DNA of 64,000 bases from Amoebophrya sp. A120 (lineage: Eukaryota > Protista > Dinoflagellata), in NCBI GenBank assembly GCA_905178155.1, contig CAJINV010000001.1:16306142-16370141 (forward strand). Direction: 5' to 3'. A model generated the notes under the pieces. The model did no database searches. It saw nothing but the letters and a program-made list of their open reading frames with translations, and was not told the DNA's origin. Each line of letters starts with the position of its first letter. Within the stretch, counting starts at the first letter, position 1. Below, piece after piece: positions 36,100 to 47,300 of the stretch. A program made the position numbers and the translations under genes.

Positions 36100-36883
36100 A
36101 TGGTGCTCATCAGCCGCAAGAACCGCAAGGCGATCCTCGAGTACCTCTTCAAGGAGGGTGTGCTCACCGTGCAGAAGGATGGCATGAAGCCGAAGCACGA
36201 CCAGATCGATGTGCCGAACCTGCACGTCATGATGGTCATGAAGTCCCTGACTTCCAAGGACTACGTCAAGGAGAAGTTCAACTGGCAGTGGTACGGTTTT
36301 TCACTATTCCTTCATGTTGTGTTGGTATTTATTTTCTAAATCGAAATCCAAGTTGTAGGCACTTCCAGATGTGATTTTGTTTTTGCAAAACCAACGCGAA
36401 GACGGAACTTCCCAAACAAAACTCAAATCCAGGTACTACTACTACCTGACCGATGAGGGTATCTCCCACTTGCGTGAGGTGTTGCACCTGCCCAGCACCG
36501 TCTTCCCGTCTACCCTGACCAAGCAGGTCCGCCAGAACCGCCCGGGTGGCAAGGGTGGCTACGATGACGAGGACCGACCGAAGGGCAAGGGAAAGGGCAA
36601 GGGAAAGAAGGGTATCGATAGTGTTTTTCCGTGTGGTCATTAACATCTCTTTCTTCTTGTTCGGTCGCCGGTTTCATGTTGCTCTTTCAACACTACGCGT
36701 CTGCACCAAATATCCCTCCTCTCATGAAACTCTTTAGATAGCAGGGAAAATAAGATACTTCTCTGCGCACAGCTCATCATAATTTCGTCTAAACTTGAAC
36801 TTTCAGGTAAGGGCAAGGGCTGGTCCGCTGGCGGAAAGGGCGGCTATGCCGGTGAGGCTGAGCCGAAGGAATCCGAGGAGTAA
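36100..36883 (+). CDS. RPS10: 40S ribosomal protein S10 (eS10), 3 exons
   Basis: MVLISRKNRKAILEYLFKEGV...VPNLHV..MKSL.SK.YVKEKFNWQW/YYYYLTDEGI..LR..LHLP. Introns 36291-36432 and 36612-36806. Confidence 0.97.
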
Positions 36884-37493
36884 ACATCCACCTTTCTCCT
36901 GCGTGGTGCTGAATGAGCGCTTCTGTGATGGAGTGTTATCGAGACTGTAAATCTAACGTGAGTTCATGGCTTGCGAATCTTCGTGGCGACTTGGAGCCAA
37001 GAATATTTGTATGTCAATCTCAAACCTTTTGAAACAGCTCTCGACGTCGCTTTCTCGCGATCAAATTCAAAAAGAAAAAAGATTTTGTTTCTACGGTTGC
37101 CTGCTAGGTGCCGCACCAGCGCGAACTCTGTTCGGCTGATTCATCTTTACCTACACGAGAAGTGTTCGCGCAACAGAACTGATTTTTCTTTGTGCAGCCG
37201 CTGCGAAAGTCTGTTGCTAAGTACTGGTGCTGCTCTATTTCGGTTACAAGTCTCGGTCGCTGTCGTGCGGATTTGTGGACTCATCGTCGTGTCGATAGTG
37301 ATGTTTTGTAGAGGGGATCTTTCTTTGAGCGCTTCCTGCATACAGTAAGCACAGTAAATATACAAGAATATTGATGCTTTTTTTATACAGAGAGAGCACT
37401 TTACTTTGTTTGTGGTGCTTAGCCCTATCCTTTGCGCCTGAGGACGCCCCTTGCCACTATTCAGGAAGAATCAGTGCGACCGTCGGAACAACG

Positions 37494-39734
37494 ATGTTGA
37501 TGTTCCTACGCGTGTTTGCTTCTCTCCTTTTTCTGCGCAGCCTGCCGGCCGTGGCAAGTCCCATGCCCGCTACAGACACGGTTCCGGTTCCGGACCTGCA
37601 GGGGGAGACGAAGAAATCACTTGCTAGCCAGCACAATCCGAACGCGCTTATGGACGAAGTGGACCTGGAAGTCAAGGGCGCATTGGAGAAAAGTGCAGTC
37701 GCGGTCGCGGAAGAAACCGACCAGCTGCCGCGTGAACTGCGCTGCGAGGGCCCCATGCAGGATTATTGGCAGTACGTGAAGAAAATCAGCAACGTGTATC
37801 AAGTCGCACATATTCCGGCCGAGGCACGCGACGCGGTGACGAATGAATTCCTCAGATTTGGCTTTTCCGACGAATGGCTTGCGGGCGCACGTGGCGATTG
37901 CGTGTACGGCCTGGCGTTTTTGATTTTGCTCTCCCTCCCCAAAATGGAGCAGGAGATGGGTCACGACCCCGCTGTTCTGAGGAAGTACTACAGGCTGTTT
38001 GAGGAACTCGCCCGGTCCGAGGAGGCAACGCACGGCCCCGCCGCAAGCGAGCGCTTGGGATGGTACATGCGCACGCACCAGAGTGAGTCCTACCCCATGC
38101 TGTTGGGCTTGTTACCAAGCCAGACGGAACGGGGGGAGGAGGAAACAATACAACAGGCACTCACGGACTCGAGCGACTTCGAACTCCCCCTTTCTGCTGA
38201 AGAAGCGGAGATGTTGGCATTTCACGAGGACGATTCCAGCACAATACCCGAAGATCAAGAACATGGTCGTGCAAGCACTGCTAGCTTTGCTGCAAGAGAT
38301 GCTGCAGAAGCGCGATCCAGTCGGTCGATAACAGACGCAGAAGTTGCGCGATTTCTCCAAACGAACGCATCTTTGGCTGAAGACGCAGCCTCAAATTCTC
38401 TCGTTCTCTCCACGACGGGCCAGGGGTTCCGGCAGCTGTCCTCGAAAATGATAAACGACCTGCGACACCCGCCACGGTTTCAGCAGCCCATCCCGAGACT
38501 CTTCGACGTCCGAGTGTTCGTGCTGGACTTTGGAAAGTTCAACGAGTGGACGAGTCGCTCGCTCCTGTGCAGTCAGGGCATGTTCGCGACCGAAGTGTTT
38601 GTGCACCGCTGGTTGCTGCACTCCCCCTACCGCACACTCGATCCGGACGCCGCGGACTTTTTCTTCGTGCCCATCTACCCGAGCTGTATCCAGACGAAGT
38701 TCGACAAGAACATCGACGACCTCAACGAGTTCTACATCTCCGCGTTGACGCAAGAGCACCGGCCTGACGAAAACCTGCCGCACCCAACCGGGATTGACGT
38801 GAAGTATTACTTCGAGCGGAACGACGGCCGCGACTTCGTGTTTCAGTTCAGCAGCGAGTGCCTGGACTTCCCAAAGTGGAAAAAGTATCTGCTGCGTTCG
38901 CCTTTCATCAGCGTGGAAAAGACGCCGATTGAGTGCACCAAGGACTTCGGCTACGTGAATGAGCAGAACGCCGAGGAGTACGGAAAATCCTGCTACCACT
39001 GCAACCACTGCTTTTCCCCGTGGAAGGACATCTTGATTCCCGGGTTCGTGGAGAAGTGGAGCATTGATCGCATGATGTCCAAGGCCCAGCCCTACAGCGC
39101 GCGCGACAACCTGCTCTGCTACCACGGGGCGGACAGCGACGAAATCTCGCTGTACAAGTACGCCAACGCCACCGCGCGCAACGACATCCAGGACCACCTC
39201 GCCGGCACGCCGGGCACCAGCATTGGACGGCGGATTCCTATCATCATGGACTATTTCGAACGCATGGGCAGTTGCGTGTTCTGCCTGGTGCCTAAAGGGC
39301 TGGGCTACTGGAGCAACCGCTTCTTCGAAATCCTCTTTATCGGCTGCATTCCCGTAATTCTGTCGGACGAGATGGGCTTGCCGTTTTCGGACAAAATCCC
39401 GTGGCAGGAGTTCACGATCAAATGGCCCATGAAAATCGTGGACAAGCGGCTGTTGCGGTACCTGGACGATTTGATTCTGTACCACCCAGCTTTGGTGGAG
39501 AAAATGCACAACACCCTGCTGCAGTACCTCTGCTGGCTCTCCTGGCACTCGCAGGACTACGACTGCTCCCCCTACCGGGCGATTGTCGAGCAACTCGCTG
39601 CGAAAAAGAAGGGGTTCCCCTACTACACCGGCCGCTTTTGGAACACGGAACTGGATTCGCGAGAATACAGCGACCAAATGCCCTACCCCTACTACCGCGA
39701 TCAAATGGAGGGTGGGCTCCCGGAACCGTCATGA
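37494..39734 (+). CDS. exostosin-family (GT47) glycosyltransferase, IRX10/xylan-synthase-like catalytic domain
   Basis: Signal peptide at 37494, MFATEVFVHRWLLHSPYRTLDPDAADFFFVPIY, FCLVPKGLGYWSNRFFE and GCIPVILSDEMGLPF. Confidence 0.9.
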   Translation: MLMFLRVFASLLFLRSLPAVASPMPATDTVPVPDLQGETKKSLASQHNPNALMDEVDLEVKGALEKSAVAVAEETDQLPRELRCEGPMQDYWQYVKKISNVYQVAHIPAEARDAVTNEFLRFGFSDEWLAGARGDCVYGLAFLILLSLPKMEQEMGHDPAVLRKYYRLFEELARSEEATHGPAASERLGWYMRTHQSESYPMLLGLLPSQTERGEEETIQQALTDSSDFELPLSAEEAEMLAFHEDDSSTIPEDQEHGRASTASFAARDAAEARSSRSITDAEVARFLQTNASLAEDAASNSLVLSTTGQGFRQLSSKMINDLRHPPRFQQPIPRLFDVRVFVLDFGKFNEWTSRSLLCSQGMFATEVFVHRWLLHSPYRTLDPDAADFFFVPIYPSCIQTKFDKNIDDLNEFYISALTQEHRPDENLPHPTGIDVKYYFERNDGRDFVFQFSSECLDFPKWKKYLLRSPFISVEKTPIECTKDFGYVNEQNAEEYGKSCYHCNHCFSPWKDILIPGFVEKWSIDRMMSKAQPYSARDNLLCYHGADSDEISLYKYANATARNDIQDHLAGTPGTSIGRRIPIIMDYFERMGSCVFCLVPKGLGYWSNRFFEILFIGCIPVILSDEMGLPFSDKIPWQEFTIKWPMKIVDKRLLRYLDDLILYHPALVEKMHNTLLQYLCWLSWHSQDYDCSPYRAIVEQLAAKKKGFPYYTGRFWNTELDSREYSDQMPYPYYRDQMEGGLPEPS

Positions 39735-40681
39735 CGAGACACTTCGCGAGCCGGCGAAATTCCTACTGCGCCAGCGGTAAGGCAGAACGTGGGAGAATTC
39801 GTTGGTTGCGGCCACACGACTGCTAGTGCCCGAGCAACGCGTTCGGAAGTGAACGATAACCGATTCGCGGAGTGGATTTACGTTTATGGTAAAGGAGTGC
39901 CAGCATCAGTAAGTCGTATGCGCATTGAGCACGCGTGGAGTGCTCGGCGAGGGAGGACGCGGCGGGCGGCAGTACCATGAGAAGGCGGGTAGATTGATTC
40001 GGAACCCTGCGGGAGTGGCAAAAATTGCGAGCCTTCTTAAGAATACTATAACGTTTTCTTGTTGGTGGATGGTGATGGCAGGGTCCTATCTAGTCAAGAA
40101 GCGGAGCACCGCGGAGGCAACTACGCTGGTGCTATGCGGTAACGATCCGGTAAAGACGGCGCCACGTTCAGATGGTATTGTTGCTGTCTGAACGTGTACA
40201 CGAAAAAAAAAAGAATCCACGCCAGACTGACAAGAGAAATGCACTTCGACGGTTCTGGAAGCACTGGACGAAGAAACATCTCGGAAGCAGTTGTAAAAAA
40301 AGTGCACAGAAGAGGAGAAGTGATTTCGATCAAATGCACGAGTCACGTAGACGGCATAATTTTCTGTATTGTATTCAACTGACATCTTGCGCCACTTCGT
40401 CTTCTATTTGAGGAAAAAGGACGTGTCTTGATGTTGCTTTTGTGAATCGCGATCTAGATCCCCAATGAGATCACGTGATGAAAACGATCCCGATGTAAGC
40501 ACCTTCTTTGCTCCAGTTTTTCATTGCGACCAGTTCTTCTCAGGCACTGTTGTTGTGAGTTTGTTTCACATGACGAAGATCGTTGTTGTGCGTGAACAAA
40601 TTCTTTTTCGAAATAGTGTTTTTCATAGAAATTTCCCCTATTGCCAATGGTTCTTCTTCCGTACCTGAAGTGGTGAAAGAG

Positions 40682-43486
40682 ATGGCTCCTCCGGCTTCTC
40701 CTACCTCCTCAGTACCACCACTCGCAGTGAAAATGGCGACGGCGGTGATGACGAACGAAACAGAACTTACGGCTTCGCCGTTCAACAGTACGACCAGCAC
40801 GGGCGCTGCACAGCTCGGGGCAGCCGGGCATCCGAAAAATCAAGAGAACTTCACGGCTTCTGCCTTGGATCCAAACGCGACCGCAGCATCTGCCTCAGAC
40901 GACGGCAGCAGCATTGCGGAAGGGCTCGTGGAGTCCGCGACAACGTATTTGGCCACGCTAGGCACAGACGCACTGGCGTCTACGCAGGATTTCTTCACTG
41001 TCTACTTGCCGCTTTTTTTCACAGTTACTCTTCCAAAGTACTTCGCCGACGCGGCTACCAACGGATACAATTCTGTTATCCAGTTTTGCATCCAGCTGTA
41101 CTACGCCTGCTGCGCGGTTTTGCAGCTGCTGCTCACCATCTCAGATTTGGTCTACCAGCTGCTTCTCGGACTGTGGCGCGTCGCGCAAACCATCGCGCAT
41201 GTATGGCTTACTTACATCGGCATACTGCCGATAATAATCGCAGCCACGTGCTTGATCATATTCTTGGTCTTGGCGCGATCTGTTGCAAATCGACGATTTG
41301 CAAGACTGCGGAACCGAATTGAAGATGTGATTCTCTCCGCAAACGTCCACGCCGAGGAGAAAGATGCAAGTCCGAGTTTTATTTCCTCAAGATCTTCTAC
41401 AGGAGGCAACCGGGACCTCGAGCAATTGCGTGGAGCGCTCCCGCTTTTCCCCATAGTGCATCCGGAAGGAAGACTCGTGGGAAGCAGCAGAGAAATCGTC
41501 GCCGTCGGCGATGCCGAGTACCCGAGCATGCGGACGAGACGGCTGCGTGGACAGGACAGCAGGTGCGCAGACAGTAGTGGCACGAAGACGGAGATCCTCT
41601 CGAAGGCACCGAACGTGAATCTCGTCCAGGATGACTCCAGCGGGACGGAATCGGCGAATTCTAGCACATCGGCGACGCCAAAGTCCCAGACGGAGAATTT
41701 TGCGGAAATCGTCGACTCGGCCGGGTATCCGGTGAAAACGGACTCGCGCTCGCTGCTCTTTGCCGGTGCAACAAGCTTGTCCTCTGTGCGAGCAAACGAC
41801 TCTCGCAGTGATGTGCAGGAGGTGGCCGAAATAAATTCGAAACCCTGCCTGCTCTACGTGCACGCGTTTCGCGGCAGCCCGGGCGATGCCGGGTACCGGG
41901 TTTCCGCCCAGATGGCAAAAGCGCTCTCTACAGACCTGGCCACCGTGCGCTTGAGGTGGCACGGGTTTCGCGGGTCGGATAGTTTACTGCACTGGGCGTC
42001 AGCGGCGGACTACGTGCAGGACGTGATGCAGGCGTTGCGCAGGTTGGTGGTCGTTTACGGGCGAAGGAAAATTACGCTCGTCGGTCACGGTTTGGGAGCG
42101 ACCATCTGCTTCATCGTACACAGGATACTGTCCACATCTTCGACCTCCGGGCGCAAACCTGGAAAGAGATCCGCCGACTCGACGACCACACAACAACAAG
42201 ATCCGATCCGTGCAGCGCTGCAGGGGGCAATCTTGCTGTGTCCGCAAGTTGACTACGGGGCGGTAACACAGGAGATGCTGGATCCACACATCCAAGAGCT
42301 TCTTGCCGAGTCACCTGTGTTTGCTTCGGGCCTGGGACGCAGCACGGGAATCGATGATCCCGCAGTTTTCTACGCCGGGGTGGCCGAACTGCGGTCCGCC
42401 AACCGCCGCTACCACGTCAAGGAATTCCTCTACCGCAGCTGGCTAGTGGGCGCGGGTTGGCAGCTGCTCTCCCTATGCAAGCGCTGGGGACTAGTTGCGG
42501 CACCGGGCTTGGGAGGCGTTCCCAGTGCTGCAGACTCGAAGTCCAGAAAAAAGAAAGTTTCGACCCAAGAGCGAGCCGCTTTCGTTCAGCGAGTCTGCGA
42601 CTGGTGTCTGCACGCTTTCCCAGCGAAACCGGATGCGTACGAAATGTCCCAGCTGGGTGGAGCGCCTGCCATGGCAGTCGCGGCTGGGGCGTCATCTTCA
42701 CCGACGAAAAGAAGCAAAAACACGGGCTCAAGCTCTGGTACTGATGCTGGCAGTGACGCAAGCGCGCCGTCGCCGCGCACAAAGAACAAGAAGAAAAGGA
42801 AGCACGTGGAGCACGTGCCATTTGAAACGAAACGGACAGGCTTCGATATCATCGGGGCGTGCCTGGAGAAAGTTCTAATCAAAGGTGCGCTTTTTTGCTG
42901 TACATGAATGCAGTTTCTGTCTTATGGCCCTGGAGCAGGACGCATGCTGTTTCTTGATACTGGTTTCCGTGTCCTCGTGCATTTTTCTTGGTAGCAGCTG
43001 CAAAACTTCGTTAAACTACTTAGCCCTCACATCGATCATACGTCAGGTCTCTTGACTGCTCGAGACGCGCATGCCGTACGCCATGTGCAGTGGACAGAGT
43101 CGCAAAGCTGGACGTCCCGGCACGACAGTGCGGCGTTGCTCGCTCCGCTTTTGCTGGTTCGATTCGCGAGAGAACTCCTTGGTCAAGCTCCTGGAGGTAG
43201 CAGAGGTGGGGTAGAACCGGCGAAGCAAGACGCCTCCGACGACCAAACTACCAGGGAATCATCGCAAGCCGGAGGCAGATTGTTCATTCTCTCATCCTCC
43301 TCGTCTGTACCAGAGGAGGAGGACGCTGCGCTCTGGGCTGGTGCCGGCGCAGCGCACGACTCCGTGAAGCATGCGGAGGAAAAAATTCTGCTCGGCCACG
43401 ACGTGGAAAAAATCGTCGACCTTGTCAAGCGGCATTTCTCGGATTCAAGTGCTCCTGCGGACCGCGCCAGTGCGGACACTTCCTAA
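40682..43486 (+). CDS. membrane-anchored alpha/beta-hydrolase-fold protein, likely catalytically inactive
   Basis: TM segments, LLYVHAF, LRWHGFRGSD, ITLVGHGLG and AILLCP. Intron 42885-43046 (phase 1). His-containing C-terminal exon. Confidence 0.7.
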
Positions 43487-44387
43487 GCACTACCTTGTCC
43501 TTGGCATGGATTTCTTAGAAAAACAAACCACGAGAATTGGCAACGGTTGTGTGGAAATATGTGTGCTTCAAGAAGATCGACGCTATGCATTATTTCCGTC
43601 TTATTTCCTACATTACGCTAGTGATGATCATTTTCGTTTTACCGCCACGGTTCTGCCGCCTCCGCTAGCAGTTCTCGCAAGTACACTCTTTTGTTCTCCT
43701 CCGCCAAGCTACACGCAAACTTTCACTACAAACATGTTGATCGCGAGAAGAGTGTCTGTGGACAAGAACGCCAGCAGCTTCATCAAAGAGGCTTTCGCAC
43801 AACTGACAGTTGAGCTGGAAACGTCAAAATAGACTCAAATCGTGAAAGCATCAGAGAAGTCGGGAGAGAGAATGCGAGGCTTTACCCGTGGCCCAGCGCA
43901 ATTTCTTACCAGCAAACTTTCAGATCGGGAACTTCTCATATGATCCTGTACTCGCTGAAGTAGCTGGCTAAATGTAATAGCGGTTGGTTGCGGTGCAGGA
44001 CTAGATTGATGACATTAACCTCGGTAAGCCCCGAGACAAGCGTGGCTTCTGTATGCTAGCTTGGCCGCGCCGGTGACGGAGTGCTTTACAAAAGTCACGA
44101 GCCGCTGCTGCCCCGACCGAGCCGCTCCTCGCTTCCAAGAAGACGTTTGGATTTTTACAGCTGTTCTTCCAGTCCGTGGACCGGCACGCTGCGTAAGACG
44201 GTCTCCTGTCGCTTCTTCACGTCAACACCGCATAATTGAGGCCACGGCAACATCAGCGGGTTTTGTGCGACATCTGTTGGGTGCGAGTTCTAAGTTCTAA
44301 GTTTGATAAAAGATAAGTCCTCGTGTCCGTCCGTCTTGCTTCTACCGTCTTCTGCACGGCGTTTTGGATCCGTCCCGGCCCTGCACC

Positions 44388-47300
44388 ATGGCACCCCAAC
44401 TCGAGGTTCCGTCGTCCGCCTTTTTTCCGGGACAACAACAGATTACACCGATTAACGATAAATGCGACGGTGAAAACACCGAGGACGAGGACATGGACCA
44501 TACGCCCGCGAAGCAACTGTCGGCCGGTATTGCCCCGCAGGTGGGGATGCGAATGGTAGGCACGATTGTGCGGGAGATCTTTCACAAGGTTAAGGACAAG
44601 GATGGCAACGTGATCCGGGTCGGGGACAGCAAGGGGTACGGATTCATTCGTCCGCATAAGCAACTCAGCCTGGAGAACTTCCTCGGGCACAAAACAGGGG
44701 GTCGCTTCACCAACTTTGTCAGTGTGTCACCGGATTTTATTGCGGAACTGTCGGAGTTGTCGAGGGAGTTCAAATCCAAGAATGACCTGTTTGTGCACAA
44801 GCGGTCCGTCGTTGAGGGCGACTGGGGTGTGGGCTGTGTGGCCGAATTCACTGTTGCACCGGGCCGGGAGGAGGGCAAGCTTGAGGCGCGCATGGTGCAA
44901 ATCCTGGCCGTTGATCCCCGCTGCCCGACTCTGGATGCGCTGGCGAAGAAGGTTCAGTGGCTCGAGGGGCAGTTAAAGTTGTCCAACAAAAAATCCAACG
45001 ACGCGGTGGCGACCGCTGAAGCCGCAAGGGTGACCTCGGCGCAGGCAGCGGCCAAAGTGCATCAGGTCGAAACCTCCACCAGCCAGCGCCTGGGCAAGCT
45101 CGAAGCCGGGGTAGAGGAGTCCGCACAGGTGGCGCGCGACACGAAGAGAGACGTTGAGGCGGTGAAAAAGGAGGTTGTTACCCAGCAGTCGACCCTGGCG
45201 GAGATCCTGTTGCATGTCAAGCAGAACTCCGCTGCATCGGCCCAGCCGGCGAAGCGCAATGAGGATGAGGATGAGGGTATCGCTAGCGCTCCTTCGTGCG
45301 AACAGTCTTCATCTTCGTGTTCATCTTCGTCTTCATCATCACAGCTCTGTCTCAACAACTTAAATTCCCACATCTCATCATCACAGGTCATTCCGGCGAT
45401 GACAAGAGACGTAAGATGGCCGGCGCTGGAGCTGCTGAAGCGACAAACCCATAGCAGCAGAGCGGGTGATCAGGTTGCTGCACCACGGCGGCTTTTTGCT
45501 GGTGCTGCAGCCGGAGATGATGAGTTTGATGAAAATCTTGATGTGAACAATTTTGACAACGAGGATTTTGAACAACAGCAACCAGATGACAAAGAATCAT
45601 CTTGTTTGTCCTGTCGACTGTCGGAACTGTCGGTAGCCGTACAGTCAGATTTTGTTGATAGCCCGCAAAACGAAAACCAAACCACGAACGGCAATCCTTA
45701 CATCTGTGAAACGAGTGATTTGAGCCAGCAGCCAGCCTCTGCAATTGTTGAAAGGGCCTCTGCAGCTGGTCCGTCGCACACCAGGCAGTTGGTGTCTCAC
45801 GCGTTCAACGCTTTGTGTTCACTAGGGCGTCACGACTCTGTTATCGCGGTGTCAGATACCTCTCCAAAAACACCTGATCGACGCTGGCCCGCGACATCTA
45901 CCGTCCCCGCAGTGAACGAGGCACAGTGCGACCCGTTTGTGACACCGCCCCCGCGCACAAGGACTATCTGGGACCCAGGCATCAGAACAGCCGAAAAGGA
46001 TACAACAGCTCGCAACTCTCGCCGGATCAGACGGAGCAGGAGGAAGGGCTTCTTCGCAAACATCATCACGGTCAACTTTCAGGGGAAACACCAGTCCAAG
46101 CAGCGCGAGCAAATACTCCAGCACTTTTCCGAAGTCCATAGCTTGGGCGGGCCCCACATCGACGCGATACTTGGGACGGAGTTCTCGTACGATGCGAATG
46201 CTGCTGATGGACCGCCCGACAGCTTCTCCACTACCCTAGACACGGACGGGAGATGGTTGACCCTGTGGATTTGTGGCGCGGCGATAATAGTATACAACAA
46301 GCAGTGGATCAAGCAGATTCTTCGTGGCAACTTCCGGGTACATTCACAGCCACGGATTATAGCACTGCGCCTCCCGTTCTTAGCCCTTTGCAGCGCGTAC
46401 GCCCCAGCTGATGGAAGTAAGGCCGGCCAGGGAGTGTGTTTGGCGTTTGACATCTTCCTTGGCAACCTCGAGATTGTACTTGGCAAAATCCGTAAGCCGC
46501 TACGTACCGGATCGACCCCACTGCTCGTGAAGCTGAATACCGCAGCGAAACCCCCTGGGCTTCCAGACCCTACGTTCGACGCCTCGGCCAACTCGTCGCT
46601 CCGCTGCCCAGTTTTTGTTGGGGGTGACAATCTTGGCACCGTTGGGTCTCCGGACTCCAGGAATAGACGAGGCTATTGTGGGGGACAGACAGCCGGCCAG
46701 TTTGGGCTTGATGATACGAATGGGCGCGGCGTTGAAGTTTTGCGATTTGGCGATGACTACGGGCTTGCAAATGTCAATGTGCTTTACGACCACCGGGAAT
46801 CGAAGAAATTTGTTCAGTGGCGTCCGAGTTTGCTCTGGCATGCGCAGGATCGGGCAACGCATTACTCCAAGCGGATTCTCAGGTGGCGGGAGCTCGATCA
46901 GTTCTACGTAACGAGCTGCGACGTTCCGAGCATCACTGTTTGCGCCACCGTTACGTCGCCGCTGGGTCTTGACCACCGTCACAAGTTTCTCCGCGCATTC
47001 ATCGAGTTTTCTTATCAGCGGAGGAACATCGACCGTAGGGCGAAACAGGACCGGACGGAGGTTGACGCTTCTGCACCGTTGTGGCGTGCCACCCCTTCAG
47101 CAAAACACCAGTTTTCCGCCGCTGTTGTGCAGGCGTTGTGCCCAGAACCGGACTCGGCCGCAGACGTTAGCTCCCCTGTTGCCGACCCGACCCCGCAGAC
47201 TCCGCTTGATATCCCCATATCCCGCATCCCAGAGGCTCTTGTTGCTGCGCGGGGTATTTTAGCGGGGTCCGCACAGCAGGAGCTGAACCGCTACAACCGG

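Noticed and set aside
38391-39704. Long minus-strand ORFs (e.g. 437 aa here, 330 aa at 6002-6994, 248 aa at 55679-56425)
   Set aside because: Antisense shadows of GC3-rich + strand genes with no recognisable motifs.
43944-44000. SECIS element
   Set aside because: The hairpin has TGAA and apical AA but lacks the 3' GA of the tandem G-A quartet, and no upstream selenoprotein is evident.
44118-44140. HDV-like ribozyme (CTCCTCGCT matches the HDV L3 loop)
   Set aside because: The flanking bases cannot form P3, and no P1/P2/J4-2 arrangement could be built.
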